DNA from: Octopus bimaculoides
Taxonomy: Eukaryota
Assembly: GCF_001194135.2 (NCBI RefSeq)
Contig: NC_068983.1
Location: forward strand, 147,337,473-147,372,892
Reading direction: 5' to 3'
Length of the DNA stretch: 35,420 bases
In this document: piece after piece, positions 11,289 through 22,250 of the stretch
How the letters are laid out: each line of letters begins with the position of its first letter
Numbering within the stretch: the first letter of the stretch is position 1
Notes under the pieces: model-generated
The model's database searches: none
What the model was told of the DNA's origin: nothing
What the model saw: only the letters and a program-made list of their open reading frames with translations
Program-made: the position numbers and the translations under genes

Positions 11289-11588
11289 AATATATATGCT
11301 AATTATTGATGGGTTGATAATAATAGGCCCATGTAAAGTTTCGTGTGGTATTGGGCAGTTTGGTAACTAAAGAATTAAATCTAAATTACAATTGGACCAT
11401 AACTTAGTACAGTGGATAGAAGGATAGAATCAGTTAAGTGTTACACAAAAAAGTTTTTCTAGTAGTTTGCATCTGTGTTTCGAACTGAAATCTTTCTATG
11501 GTTGACTTGGCTGTTTAACATCTGGGGGTCAATAAAATAAGTCCCAGTCAAGTATTGGGGATTAGTATAGTCATATGCTCCAACCTCT

Positions 11589-12226
11589 GCGGAGGCGCAA
11601 TGGCCCAGTGGTTAGGGCAGCAGACTCGCGGTCATAGGATCGCGGTTTCGATTCCCAGACCGGGCGTTGTGGGTGTTTATTGAACGAAAACACCTAAAGC
11701 TCCACGAGGCTCCGGCAGGGGATGGTGGCGAACCCTGCTGTACTCTTCCACCACAACTTTCTCTCACTCTTACGTCCTGTTTCTGTTGTGCCTGTAATTC
11801 AAAGAGTCAGCCTTGTCACACTGAATATCCCTGAGAACTACGTTAAGGGTACACGTGTCTGTGGAGTGCTCAGCCACTTGCACGNNNNNNNNNNCGGTCA
11901 TAGGATCGCGGTTTCGATTCCCAGACCGGGCGTTGTGGGTGTTTATTGAACGAAAACACCTAAAGCTCCACGAGGCTCCGGCAGGGGATGGTGGCGAACC
12001 CTGCTGTACTCTTCCACCACAACTTTCTCTCACTCTTACGTCCTGTTTCTGTTGTGCCTGTAATTCAAAGGGTCAGCCTTGTCACACTGAATATCCCTGA
12101 GAACTACGTTAAGGGTACCCGTGTCTGTGGAGTGCTCAGCCACTTGCACGTTAATTTCATGAGCAGGCTGTTCCATTGATTGGATCAACTGAAACCCTCG
12201 ACGCCATAAGTGATGGAATGCCAACA
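11589..12226 (+). mobile_element. SINE family A, partly present twice on either side of a 10-N gap
   Basis: Same sequence as the 3450 copy; TSD-like ATGCTCC(A/C)ACC at 11575-11585 and 12229-12239. Confidence 0.9.
11885..11894. other. Assembly gap (10 N)
   Basis: Run of N. Confidence 1.
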
Positions 12227-12366
12227 ACATGCTCCCACCACAACTGAATCTCTGGTCTTATGTCTTTCTAAGAATGTACACTGAGTTAAACCCATTCTAT
12301 ATTGTAATTACTGAAAATAATCTGGTGGGATACAGCTTATTGAATTTTCTTAATTTTTATTTCCAG

Positions 12367-12444
12367 CATCACCTTCTTGGAGCAACAGCTTGTGATAGAT
12401 CGATTATACTCTATGATATGAGAGGGACAGCCCCACTGAGAAAG
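12367..12444 (+). CDS. DCAF13: DCAF13 coding exon 6 (HHLLGATACDRSIILYDMRGTAPLRK)
   Basis: CAG acceptor; donor AAG|GTAAGG; matches human SDRNIVLYDMRQATPLKK. Confidence 0.97.
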
Positions 12445-12686
12445 GTAAGGTATTGCTGTTCTCTGAGATGATGTGCGATATTTAGATTTTAAGCTTCTAG
12501 ACAATATATATGTACATATATGTTTTAACATTTATTTGTATGTATAATATATATATGTATGACTATGTACTGCTGCCTCTCCATTCTCCTCAATTCATAC
12601 TTGTATGTGTATGGCTTTGTGCTTCCAAAGATATGTAGAATAGATCCTTCTCTTGAAAAGCATGTACCAGTTAGAGAGAGAAAGGG

Positions 12687-13810
12687 CATCATCACCATTA
12701 TTTAATGTTTTTCCCATGTTATCATGAGTTGAACAGTTTGACAAGAGCTTGCAAACCAGAGGACCGTGCCAAGTTCTATTGTCTGTTTTGGCATGGCTTT
12801 TACAGCTGGATGCCCTTTCTAATGCCAGCCATTTTGCAGAGTATACTGGGTCCTTTGTTTATGGCACCAGTACTGGTGGTGTCACCAAGTAACTTGTCTG
12901 AGAGGGAGATGGCTTTGTGCCAGTTGATGAGAGGTTAAAAGGATAATAAAGTGATAGAGGTAGATGTCTTGCTGCAGAAAAGATACAAGGATATCCTTGT
13001 TGGAAAAGAAGGGATTGAAAGAGAAACTTGAAAGAAACATAAAGATGGAGATAGTGAGAGAGATGGTGGTAGATATGTGTCAGGACATACCCTCAAGGAA
13101 CACTCGGGGATGAATATAAGTGAAGTTGTACAAAGGATTGGACTGGATGAGTGGGCAGTGGGGACAGAGGGAAAAATTTCATAAGACTGTAAGGAGAGAT
13201 GGTTACAGATGGGATAGTGGTGACTAGTAATTGATGGTAAAAGATATAGGAGCGGTTCAGGAGGTGGGGTGTGAATTATGTTAGATATGTGAATGCATTG
13301 GAAGTGGTAGCAGATAAAAGAAGTGTTAAGCATGGAGTATAGCAAAGAGGAAGATAATGAAAGGAAGTGGGTGTAGTATGTCCCTATTCTGCTCCTAGGT
13401 GATTATAGAGGTCAAATGATACCTGAGATAAAGAAGTGATGAGTGTTATGGATTGAGATGTTGGAGAAAATCTTGATGGGGCAGAACCCCTGCATGGACA
13501 AGCATTTACCAAGGTGGTCTTAGGACATCAGTTCTGTCATAGTGAAGGGATCTTCTCAAGCACAGTAAGGCACCAAATATCTTGGTCCTTTGTCATCTTC
13601 TTTGTAAGGCTCAGCATCTTGAGATCAGCCTTCAATACTGCATCCTATGTATTCCTGGGTCTCCTTCTTCCACAAGTTCCATCCACTTAAAGTGATCACT
13701 GCTGCTATATGCAACTACCCTTGTCCATACCCAGCACATCACCGAACCATCACAGTTTTCTCTCTTGCACATTACATCTAATTATTCTTATGCCTAACTT
13801 TTCTCTCAGT
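12687..13810 (-). mobile_element. Degenerate RTE-clade LINE 3' part (ORF end ~13520-13810, pyrimidine-rich spacer, 3'UTR and tail ~12687-12900)
   Basis: Decayed translation LREKLGIRIIRCNVQERKL.WFGDVLGMD...GRRRPRNT...ADLKMLSLTKKMTKDQDIW; same GGATGCCCT 3'UTR motif. The two parts may not be one element. Confidence 0.65.
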
Positions 13811-13968
13811 ACACTAGCATTGAGTATTGGGATGGTCGTAGCTGGAAAGACTTTGATCATAGATCTACTCAGTCAGAACTGACCTGGAGCTAAACGACAG
13901 CAACAACAACATCAAAAAGAAATTTCATTATTGGGCAGTGTCTAACTTTTCTGATCTAATGCTTGCAG

Positions 13969-14051
13969 GTTTTGCTTCAACTAAAATCAAATGCCTTAGC
14001 CTGGAACCCCATGGAACCTTTTGTTTTTACAGTTGCTAATGAAGATTACAA
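13969..14051 (+). CDS. DCAF13: DCAF13 coding exon 7 (VLLQLKSNALAWNPMEPFVFTVANEDYN, phase 2)
   Basis: CAG acceptor; donor AA|GTAAGT; conserved WNPME...ANEDYN. Confidence 0.97.
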
Positions 14052-14265
14052 GTAAGTAGCAAGTATACCAATCAAGTTTACAAATTATCATTGCCATCTT
14101 TATTTAATCTCTTCTTCCAAAGATAAGGACTGTTGTAATGTTAGAAGCATTATTTCATTTCCTCAGCCATTGATTTTATTATCAAGTAATTTTTATGAGG
14201 TGCATGTTATTTTTTTGTTGTTTTTAAATTTTTACCCAACACCTTAGGTAAATGTCTTCCACTAT

Positions 14266-14912
14266 AGGGCTTTCCTATAAGGTGTTATCCACCCCTGATT
14301 GGAACTCTCCCGTATGACATGTACGCATGCTCAGTGACTTGCTTTAACAGTTGCAATCAGCTGAATGCACATTGACAGTGACCTTTGACATAATTACCCA
14401 CACTCTGTGATCAGGATTCTTTTTTTGGTTTGATGTCGGTATTGAAGGGATTACCAGACACCGGACAATACAGTGAGAGCAGCTTTCACTCACATCGTGG
14501 TATTCGATGCTGTGTACGTGTCTGTCGTGGTAAAATATGCCACTCCTTAACTGTTGCTTTGCTTTCATCCGTAGCACGAGGTAATTATGTCATTATCTGT
14601 GAAATTCGGCAACTTNNNNNNNNNNNNNNNNNNNNNNNNNNNNNNNGTTGACATTCTTCATCGACAGAATTTTTATTCCTTTCAACCTTTCAGTCAAGTC
14701 CGCCTTTCTTCCAGTAACATACTGTCCATATAATCTTAAATATTTCTTTAACTCAGGCACAGTAAGTACTTCGATAGCTGAATCATCAAGCTGCTTTATA
14801 TCCATGATAAGACGTAAAACAATAACAATGGCGTGGGTAGCCTCCGGAAGTTTAATTATCTACATGGAGCGCCGCCTAGCCAAGGGAGATAACCTACTTA
14901 TAGGAAAGCCCT
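14266..14912 (-). mobile_element. Non-autonomous, internally deleted TIR DNA transposon with SAP-domain and SWIM-type coding remnants (ISL2EU-like, tentative)
   Basis: Perfect 19-bp inverted repeat TATAGGGCTTTCCTATAAG at 14263-14281 and 14897-14915, including an AT (or TATA) target duplication. Minus strand encodes LTVPELKKYLRLYGQYVTGRKADLTERL (SAP) and KLPNFTDNDI/NYLV...VWVIMSKVTVNVHSADCNC. Confidence 0.75.
14616..14646. other. Assembly gap (N) inside the TIR element
   Basis: Run of N. Confidence 1.
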
Positions 14913-15387
14913 ATAACCCTGGGGTGACCAAAGTCTTGAAAGTGGATTTGGTGGATGGAAATTGAAACAAACCTGTGTATATATATATATATATGTGTGT
15001 TATGTGTGTGTTTACTCTTGTCTAGACATCCTGGGATGGTTGTAAACGAGCAACATTGTAATATAAGTGGGGTTGTTCCTTTCCACTTTACTGTAAAGAC
15101 ATGTCTGTCTAGCTTACTTAGAAACAGGAGACGGAGGAAAGTCCAAGAGAAAGGAAGATGGAGGAAAAAAGTCACAACAATCCACGTGCTTACATTTTGA
15201 AATGGCGGGAAGAGAATGAGTGTTGATAACAGGAAGGGTATTGGGCTGTAAAAAATTTGCCTATTCTATCTGTCCCATACAAGCATGGAAAAGTGAATGT
15301 TAAGTGGTGGTGGTGATGATGATGATGAGTGCGTTTGTGGGTGCAAGTTGAACAAAATCTTAGTAATGTGTTTATGTCTCATTTCAG

Positions 15388-15455
15388 TTTGTACAGTTTT
15401 GACATGAGGAATCTATCTAAACCAACCAACATCCATATAGACCATGTAAATGCTG
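15388..15455 (+). CDS. DCAF13: DCAF13 coding exon 8 (LYSFDMRNLSKPTNIHIDHVNA, phase 1 end)
   Basis: CAG acceptor; donor G|GTAGGT; matches human LYTFDMRALDTPVMVHMDHVSA. Confidence 0.95.
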
Positions 15456-16837
15456 GTAGGTCCTTTGTATATAGACTTGTTTCCTTGACTGACACAAAAA
15501 GGAGGTCCATAACTTGATAATTGTTATTCCATTTGTCGTTTCTCTCAGCAGGAAACTACAGATTTATTGGGATGGTGTATAGTTTGGTGTTGTAATGTTT
15601 CTGTGTCAGATCACTACTTTGAATCATGTTAGTGCCTTCATCATTTCTTCAACTCAGCTATGAACAGTTTATGAAACTGAATCCTTGTTCTAACAGAGTC
15701 TCTAGGTGTTAAATTTGGTTGTGGATGCCTGATCATTGTGGGTTTATAAGTGTGAGGACTCGTGGACAAGATTAAATGAAACAATTAGATAGACTCTGTT
15801 CTGAGGTTGAATGCAGAAGGAACTTCCCATTACCAAAAGGGCTGTGCTCAGCGTAGCAATCTAAGGAAACATTTATCTAATACTTCTAACTGGTTACTGT
15901 GGTGTTCAGTATCTATCCATGGTTCTTACCTACAATTAAATTGATTGAGCCTGTAAGAGTTATCTTGGCCATTAACACATTTCCTGATGTCTCTGCCATA
16001 TGTGATTTTGTTCTGTTTGCAGAGTATGGATTATTTTATGCTAAAATTTATCAAGATGAAAGCGTAAACTAATTGTAGCAGGAAATTTAGCAAGGATGTC
16101 TTGATAGCATCCTTTTTCTATCATGATCATGAGAACAGCCACAATTTATTATATTGATTCAATATCGACAGCTATCTATGAGGTTAATATTTTGTATTGT
16201 TTTACTAACATTGGTGAGTCCAGTGCAACTCAATGTTTATAGATACTGCCATTGAATGTAGAATTATTTACTACTGTAAAATTGGTTGGACTAAAATTGT
16301 TTTATTGACTTGTGCTGGGAATAACCTTGAGTAGTTGGTATCTAATTTGAACTGTTGCAATGATAAAGGTTGGAAAGAAGAGTAGCAATAAGGATAATTT
16401 TGGAATTTTGGGGAAGTATTTTGCAACCTTGTGGTTCTTGCTTCAATCCCACTGAATGGTGCCTTAGGCAAGTATGTTTAAAGGTAGCCAATGTAAATGT
16501 CAGTAAGAAAACTAATTAACAAATAAAGATTTGAACCAAAAGGTAAAAAAGATACTCTGTGGTGTTTATGCTGTTTGTTGCACAAAGGCTTCCTTGTCCC
16601 TATTGCCATTATAAACAGTGAACTAGCCATTGACCCAGTGGCAAACGGTAACCAGCATTGTCCTCGTGATAACGGTAGAACTGAAATATGAGTGATAGTA
16701 GGAGTGCTAGCCTAGTGAATCAAGGTGTTTGCAGTGTTAAAACTGTACAGAGGATTGGTGTAAAGTTAATCAAATGTATCTGCCGAACTGTGTTACTAGG
16801 ACTTAAATGTTCACTATTTTCTTTTTATTTGTTACAG

Positions 16838-16934
16838 TAATTGATGTTGACTACTGCCCAACTGGACGTGAGTTTGTCTCAGCTGGATGGGACAAATGTA
16901 TTCGAATTTTTGCCTGCAACATGGGTCACAGTAG
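16838..16934 (+). CDS. DCAF13: DCAF13 coding exon 9 (VIDVDYCPTGREFVSAGWDKCIRIFACNMGHSR)
   Basis: CAG acceptor; donor AG|GTGAGT; matches human VLDVDYSPTGKEFVSASFDKSIRIF. Confidence 0.97.
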
Positions 16935-17555
16935 GTGAGTACAGGGGAGATCAGATATCAGATTTTATGAGGTGAGGGATCTCATTGATTTTAAAAAAAT
17001 GTTATTTTATATCTTGTGCCTAAAAAGTAACCAAAAGCATTCCATGACACTGATTCAGAATATTATTTTGGAAATCTGAAATAATATACTTTATACTCTG
17101 AGCTCTAATAATTATGCAGTGTAAATGTTTCGTTATCTCTCTCTCCATGTTTGTAATTGTAAGATGCATGTTGGAGTAGGTATATGTTGTGTGCCCTTCC
17201 TGCTACTAAATTGTGAACTATTTAGTTCTACAGTAAGATCAGTGAAGTTTAAGAGAAGTTGTCAATTAGATGTATAACTTTTTTCTGAATTTCTAACCTA
17301 ATTCTAAATACTATGCTTCTTTACATGTCACCTTATTAAGCAGACCACCTACAACTCTGCTGACGGAAGTGGTAATGTTCATATCTTTACATAGTACTAA
17401 TTTACAGCTATGATGACTGGTCTATTAGGTGTTGTGCATCATTAGCACTAACTTTTGGTGCTCTTTACAATAGATTACCATTCTGTTGAGTGCTGTCGGT
17501 TCCTACCATTGTATTTCTTCTATTAAGTATTCATGTGTTTTTTTTTTTATTCCAG

Positions 17556-17691
17556 AGAAGTCTACTTTACTAAAAGAATGCAGAGGGTACAGCAGGTTCA
17601 ATGGTCTTTGGATAATAAATACATCCTCTCTGGCTCAGATGAGATGAATATAAGAATTTGGAAAGCACAAGCATCAGAGAAACTTGGTCCA
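17556..17691 (+). CDS. DCAF13: DCAF13 coding exon 10 (EVYFTKRMQRVQQVQWSLDNKYILSGSDEMNIRIWKAQASEKLGP)
   Basis: Poly-T tract plus CAG acceptor; donor CCA|GTGAGT; conserved GSDEMNIRxWKA. Confidence 0.98.
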
Positions 17692-17989
17692 GTGAGTAAA
17701 GTTCTTTTTAATGATTTCTCGTTTTTGGGGAATACATTTTCGTTTTGGTTACACTATTTCAAGTATCATGTATTGTTTATGTCTGTGATTTGATTTTATG
17801 CTGTTCCTTCTTTGCATTCATTTGCTCATGCTAACATGGGTTTGGTGATTTTTATTTTTTAAAAATTCATCTTGGACCTCATGGAAGCAATGGCAAGTGA
17901 CAGACGTTTGGCAATGCACTGCGCTTGAGCAGATTCATCAAACCAAGTCAAACTGTAGTTGTGACTGATGCCAGTGTCATGTAAATGGC

Positions 17990-18210
17990 ACCCATGAAAT
18001 CGTAGTCATGGCCATCATTGGTGTCATATAAATGGCATGTAAAACGCACCCATTATACTCTTGGAGTGGTTGGCATTAGGAAGAGCATCCAGCCATAGAA
18101 ACCATGTCAAATCAGATTGGAACCGGGTGCAGCTCTCCAGCTTATCAGCTCCAGTCAAACCGTCTAACTCATGCCAACATGGAAAGCAAACATGAAATGA
18201 TGATGATGAT
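17990..18210 (+). mobile_element. RTE-type 3' end with (ATG)n tail
   Basis: GGTTGGCATTAGGAAGAGCATCCAGCC...CATGCCAACATGGAAAGC...ATGATGATGATG. Confidence 0.7.
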
Positions 18211-18464
18211 TTGCTTTTTGTCGGGGCATTTCTTGTTGTTCTCTTTTTTCATACTGGCAAGGATTGGACAAGATTTATTGAGGTAATGCTGTCCAGAAGT
18301 CATTTTTGTGACCAACTTTTATTGCTTTTTCATGTAAGGTATTTTTATTCTATTGATCTTCTTGTAAAACTGTTGAGCTACAGATTGTATTGTTTTATGG
18401 GAGATCTAAATGAACTCTGTTACTAAAATGGTGTTGACAAACTTACATGCACACTCACAAGCAT

Positions 18465-18626
18465 GATGGGTTTCCATGCAGTTTTCATCTGCCAAATTTC
18501 ACTCATGAAGTGTTAGTCAGCATGAGCCTATAGTAAACACTTATCCAAGACATTGTGTAGCAGGATGGAACTTGAAACTAGATGGTTGTGAGGTGAGCAT
18601 CTTAACCACACAGCCATGCCTGTGCC
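18465..18626 (-). mobile_element. Diverged SINE family B head
   Basis: Similar to 9386-9542 (CTTAACCACACAGCCATGCC end). Confidence 0.7.
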
Positions 18627-18743
18627 TTGTTTTTATAAATGTAAATTTAACCCATGCAAGCATGGAAAAATGGATATTGAAATGATGATTATCTAGTGGC
18701 TTAACACAGATAACAGCTAAAGCTAGATTATGCTGTTCTACAT

Positions 18744-18823
18744 TTTAGAGATGAATTCTGTACATTATTTACCTTGGACGGATATGTGTCCAAGGTAAAT
18801 AATGTACAGAATTCATCTCTAAA
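18744..18823. repeat. Perfect 36-bp inverted repeat with an 8-nt loop
   Basis: 18744-18779 is the exact reverse complement of 18788-18823. Confidence 0.97.
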
Positions 18824-19932
18824 TTAGTTTTCCTACTTCAGTGTCATAAAATACCTGAGCTGTGATCAGTTGCTAACCCTCAATAAAGTCCTGCTCTGAC
18901 ATGCTGCTACTGTTATGCATACAAATATCCTAGACCACATCCTAAACAAAGGACATTCAAACTAATTGGCAAAGACTCTCTAATTTTCTATGACCTCTGA
19001 CTGACGAATTTGTTGTTTCTTCTCTTTGTCCAATATATCTATCTCATCTGCTATACTGTCTTAGCCTCCAAGCCCAGCAATAATTACTCCTCACAGCAGC
19101 TACCTACTGGAATCTCCCCTGGCCCACATTTTTTCTATAGACGTTAATTTACGGATATTCAATCTGTATAACAACCAAATCAATTTCATTAGCTTGTAAG
19201 GGCTTGTGAAGGTTATGAGCCCTGCTACACATTTCTGATTAAGTGAAAAAATGTATTCATCATTAAAAAGAAAGTAGGCATTTAGGATTGAAGGGAGATA
19301 ATTCTTGCAGTATTCTAAAAAATGTCTTCATGTTGCTGAATAAATCTAAACTTGTCTATGTAAAAGGATGTAGGAATCGTAACTCCATTTTGACAGCCGC
19401 CGTTGTTTAACTCCAATTGAGTCCTATTGAGCAGGTCTATGCGCAGAGGTCATGTTCATTTCGTTTTTGATTCAGGTCCAATGTATCTAAGATTACATTA
19501 TCTGCTCTTTTTTGTCTTAAGATAGTTGGATGTGATTTGAAAGTGAGTTGTTTACTGCTTCTCATTGGTCAAGGGTAGTTTTAGACATTTAGAGTTTTGA
19601 GAAATATTCAGAGATTGTTCATACTTTTATATAGTAGATTTGTATTTAATGTCTGGTTTAGTTTCATCTCTTAGTGGTATATGATTTCCACTTCCTGAAA
19701 GTTTTCCCTATCTTTCCAGACTGACCTTATTTGACAGTAGAATTGATTTGAGTTGGCTTTCATGACAGGTGACTAAAGATTATGAGATAAGAGTGTGATG
19801 GATTCGTCAGTTCATAGGTGGAGAAAGCTGTAATTTGTGGCTTTTTAGTTCCCCATCCAATGCTTAGTGTCTGAGCTTCAAATATCTGTTTTGAATTAAT
19901 GTAATTATTTTGTTTTATTTTCATGTCATTAG

Positions 19933-20096
19933 TTGAAACCAAGAGAAAAAGCTGCCTTTAATTATAATGAGAAGCTAAAGGAGAAGTTTGGTCATCATCC
20001 AGAAATAAAGAGAATATCTCGACATCGACATGTACCAAAATTCATCTACAGGGCTCGTAAAGAAATTAAAACTATGAAGGAATCTGAGAAACGAAA
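19933..20096 (+). CDS. DCAF13: DCAF13 coding exon 11 (LKPREKAAFNYNEKLKEKFGHHPEIKRISRHRHVPKFIYRARKEIKTMKESEKRK), Sof1 domain
   Basis: TAG acceptor; donor AA|GTATGT; Sof1-domain motif RIxRHRHxPK. Confidence 0.97.
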
Positions 20097-21414
20097 GTAT
20101 GTATCACTGTTAACAGTTTTTCCATTCATTAATGTGTTTATTTAACTAGATATTATTTAATAAACTAAATATTCATCTTCTGGATATGAAAGGAAGAGGG
20201 GTTATGTTATATTAATGGATGGCTCTAACTAACCTCTTTCTGATGGGAAGTGGTACGGACTGCATTGAATTACTGTGTATGTGGCCGTGCAATGTCTCAT
20301 TTTGTGCAGCACTGTGTTTTTAAATATACCACATTGAGAAGAATCTGTAGATACTATGTAAAATTCTTTGTGGGAAAAATTATGTAGTTACTGAACAGCC
20401 CAATACTGATTTGCAGCACAGACTGTCAGTGTTTAATCCATCTGCAAAGGGTTAAAGGTCAAATATATATTGCTTGACAACCCACTCTGCTTAGCTGGAA
20501 TAGTTGTTGTTTACACCAGGTCAGGAGTGATTGAGTAAACCTATGATTAAAAACATTCCAGGTGACCATCCCCTTATTCTCTCAGACACAGTGAAACTTA
20601 GACACATTATCCAGTGTCTCCTCAAGCCAACAAAAGAGTGACTTGGTGTCATAGTAATAGCAGCTAAATACCTTCTCCAATATATCTTTACTAATTTGAA
20701 ATGAGGACACATTTAATAATTTAGTCCTTTCTACTCATAGAAAGAATGGGTGGTATATATGGTGTGGTCGTAGGCTTAAGAAAAACACGTTTGTTTTTAA
20801 GATTGCAGAATGTGTTTTGAAGGAGATTTGGTTGTTATTTTTACCAAAATGGATGACTGAAAAGAGGGTTTCTCAAAGTAGAATAGTTTACTGAAGTGAC
20901 AGGTCTAAAATTAATACACTCTGTTAGCTTGGGGTATTTTTGAGTTGAAGTCTTTCTCTGCATGTCACAGATGACATGATACATGCTCATGCAACATGGG
21001 GATGATACATGTTACCTGATATGGGAACATGTAGTGATATCTTTAATACTCCAAGGGGAACTAGAAAATGAATGAATTGTTGTGAGTTCATGACAGCAAA
21101 ACAGCTGCAGTCCATTTGAAATTCCTTGGCAGAAGTGTTTCAGTTGAATTGCTATGATGTTGGTTAAAACCCCCACTCATTTCATACAGTGTGCCTACAT
21201 AATAAAACCCTGAAAGGGTGCTGTTGTAAGTGGTGAATTTTTGGTGGAAAGGTTTGCTGTCCCATTATGATTCCCAGCTAGTGATGAGTTTTCCTTCCAA
21301 CGTGGCACTTCCCTAAATCTCTGAATCTGAAGCCTGTGTTATTAAGAAATTATTGTTTTATTTATTTCCTTTTTTGTTTCCAGGATTATACTGGATTATT
21401 AACATCGTTATTTG

Positions 21415-21570
21415 CAGGTCTGGTAGAATCATTAGAGCTTTAAACAGAATGCCTCATAGTGTTTAGTTAATCTTTTATACATCATGAGTTCAAATCTCAC
21501 CAAGATTAACTTTACCTTTCATTCATCTGGGGTTGATGAAGCAAAGTACCCTGTTCAAATATTGGTGCTA
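21415..21570 (+). mobile_element. Diverged SINE family C
   Basis: TGGTAGAATC...GAGTTCAAATC...TTTACCTTTCATTC. Confidence 0.55.
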
Positions 21571-21587
21571 TTTTTATCTGCCAGACT

Positions 21588-21730
21588 CATCATCATGATT
21601 TAACATCCACTTCTCCATGCTTGCATGGGTCAAGTGGAATTTGTTGAAGCAGATTTTTTTTGACCGCTAGATTCTTTCCCTGTCACTAACTTTCACTTGC
21701 TTCAAAGCAAGGCAATATTTTCTCATGGCT
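21588..21730 (-). mobile_element. RTE-type 3' end fragment
   Basis: CATCATCAT...TCCATGCTTGCATGGGTC, as in the 10798 copy. Confidence 0.6.
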
Positions 21731-21869
21731 AGACATGTTATTCATGGAAGACTGGAAATAAACAACCTTACTTGTATAATGGTGATACATATTTACAACT
21801 GTAATGTGATGTTTAGACAACAGTACACAGAAACACATACATATATACATATACATACAGATATATATG

Positions 21870-21976
21870 TCATGGGTGGGCTCAGGGCTAAGTTAGAAGA
21901 AACTTGACCAAGGTGCTGCACACTGGGACCAAACATAAAACCTTATGGCTGAGAAGCAAGTTTCTTAACCACATGC
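21870..21976 (-). mobile_element. Diverged partial SINE family B head
   Basis: CTTGACCAAGGTGCTGCA...GCAAGTTTCTTAACCAC. Confidence 0.6.
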
Positions 21977-22029
21977 TGTTCCTCTGCCAAATGTTTTTCC
22001 ATGTGCCAATGAAAGAAACAATTTAGGGT

Positions 22030-22250
22030 GGTTGAATGACAGGATTTTTAGAGCATCAGACATAATTCATTGCATGATTTCCTCTGGCTGTGTTTTTGAG
22101 TTCAAATTTCAGTGAAGTTAGCTTTGCCTTTCAACTCATTAGGTTCAATTGAATAAATTAGCAGTCAAGTATTGGGTGTGCAGTTTTAGTGACTCACTCT
22201 TTCCCTCCCTCCCAAGTATCTGAGAACTTTTGCCTTTGTTAGAAACAATT
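22030..22250 (+). mobile_element. Diverged SINE family C
   Basis: GAGTTCAAATTTC...CTTTGCCTTTCA...AATTATT tail. Confidence 0.5.

Larger units (their letters stand above)
14235..15330 (+). mobile_element. SINE family B head with RTE-type 3' tail ending in (GAT)n, interrupted by a TIR element
   Basis: CORE segment GTCTTCCACTATA continues after the insertion as ACCCTGGGGTGACCAAAG...GGAAATTGAAAC; tail has CAGGAAGGG...CATACAAGCATGGAAAAG. Confidence 0.75.

Noticed and set aside
10871-11370. Overlapping 113-130 aa ORFs with repeated peptides
   Set aside because: They arise from GC-rich tandem repeats in the antisense RTE 3'UTR; there is no gene context
12935-13345. 136-aa minus-strand ORF
   Set aside because: Low-complexity pyrimidine-rich sequence within or next to the RTE relic
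20165-20340. Two-hairpin region ending in ACA in intron 11 as an H/ACA snoRNA
   Set aside because: There is no ANANNA hinge between the hairpins, and the ACA overlaps the stem
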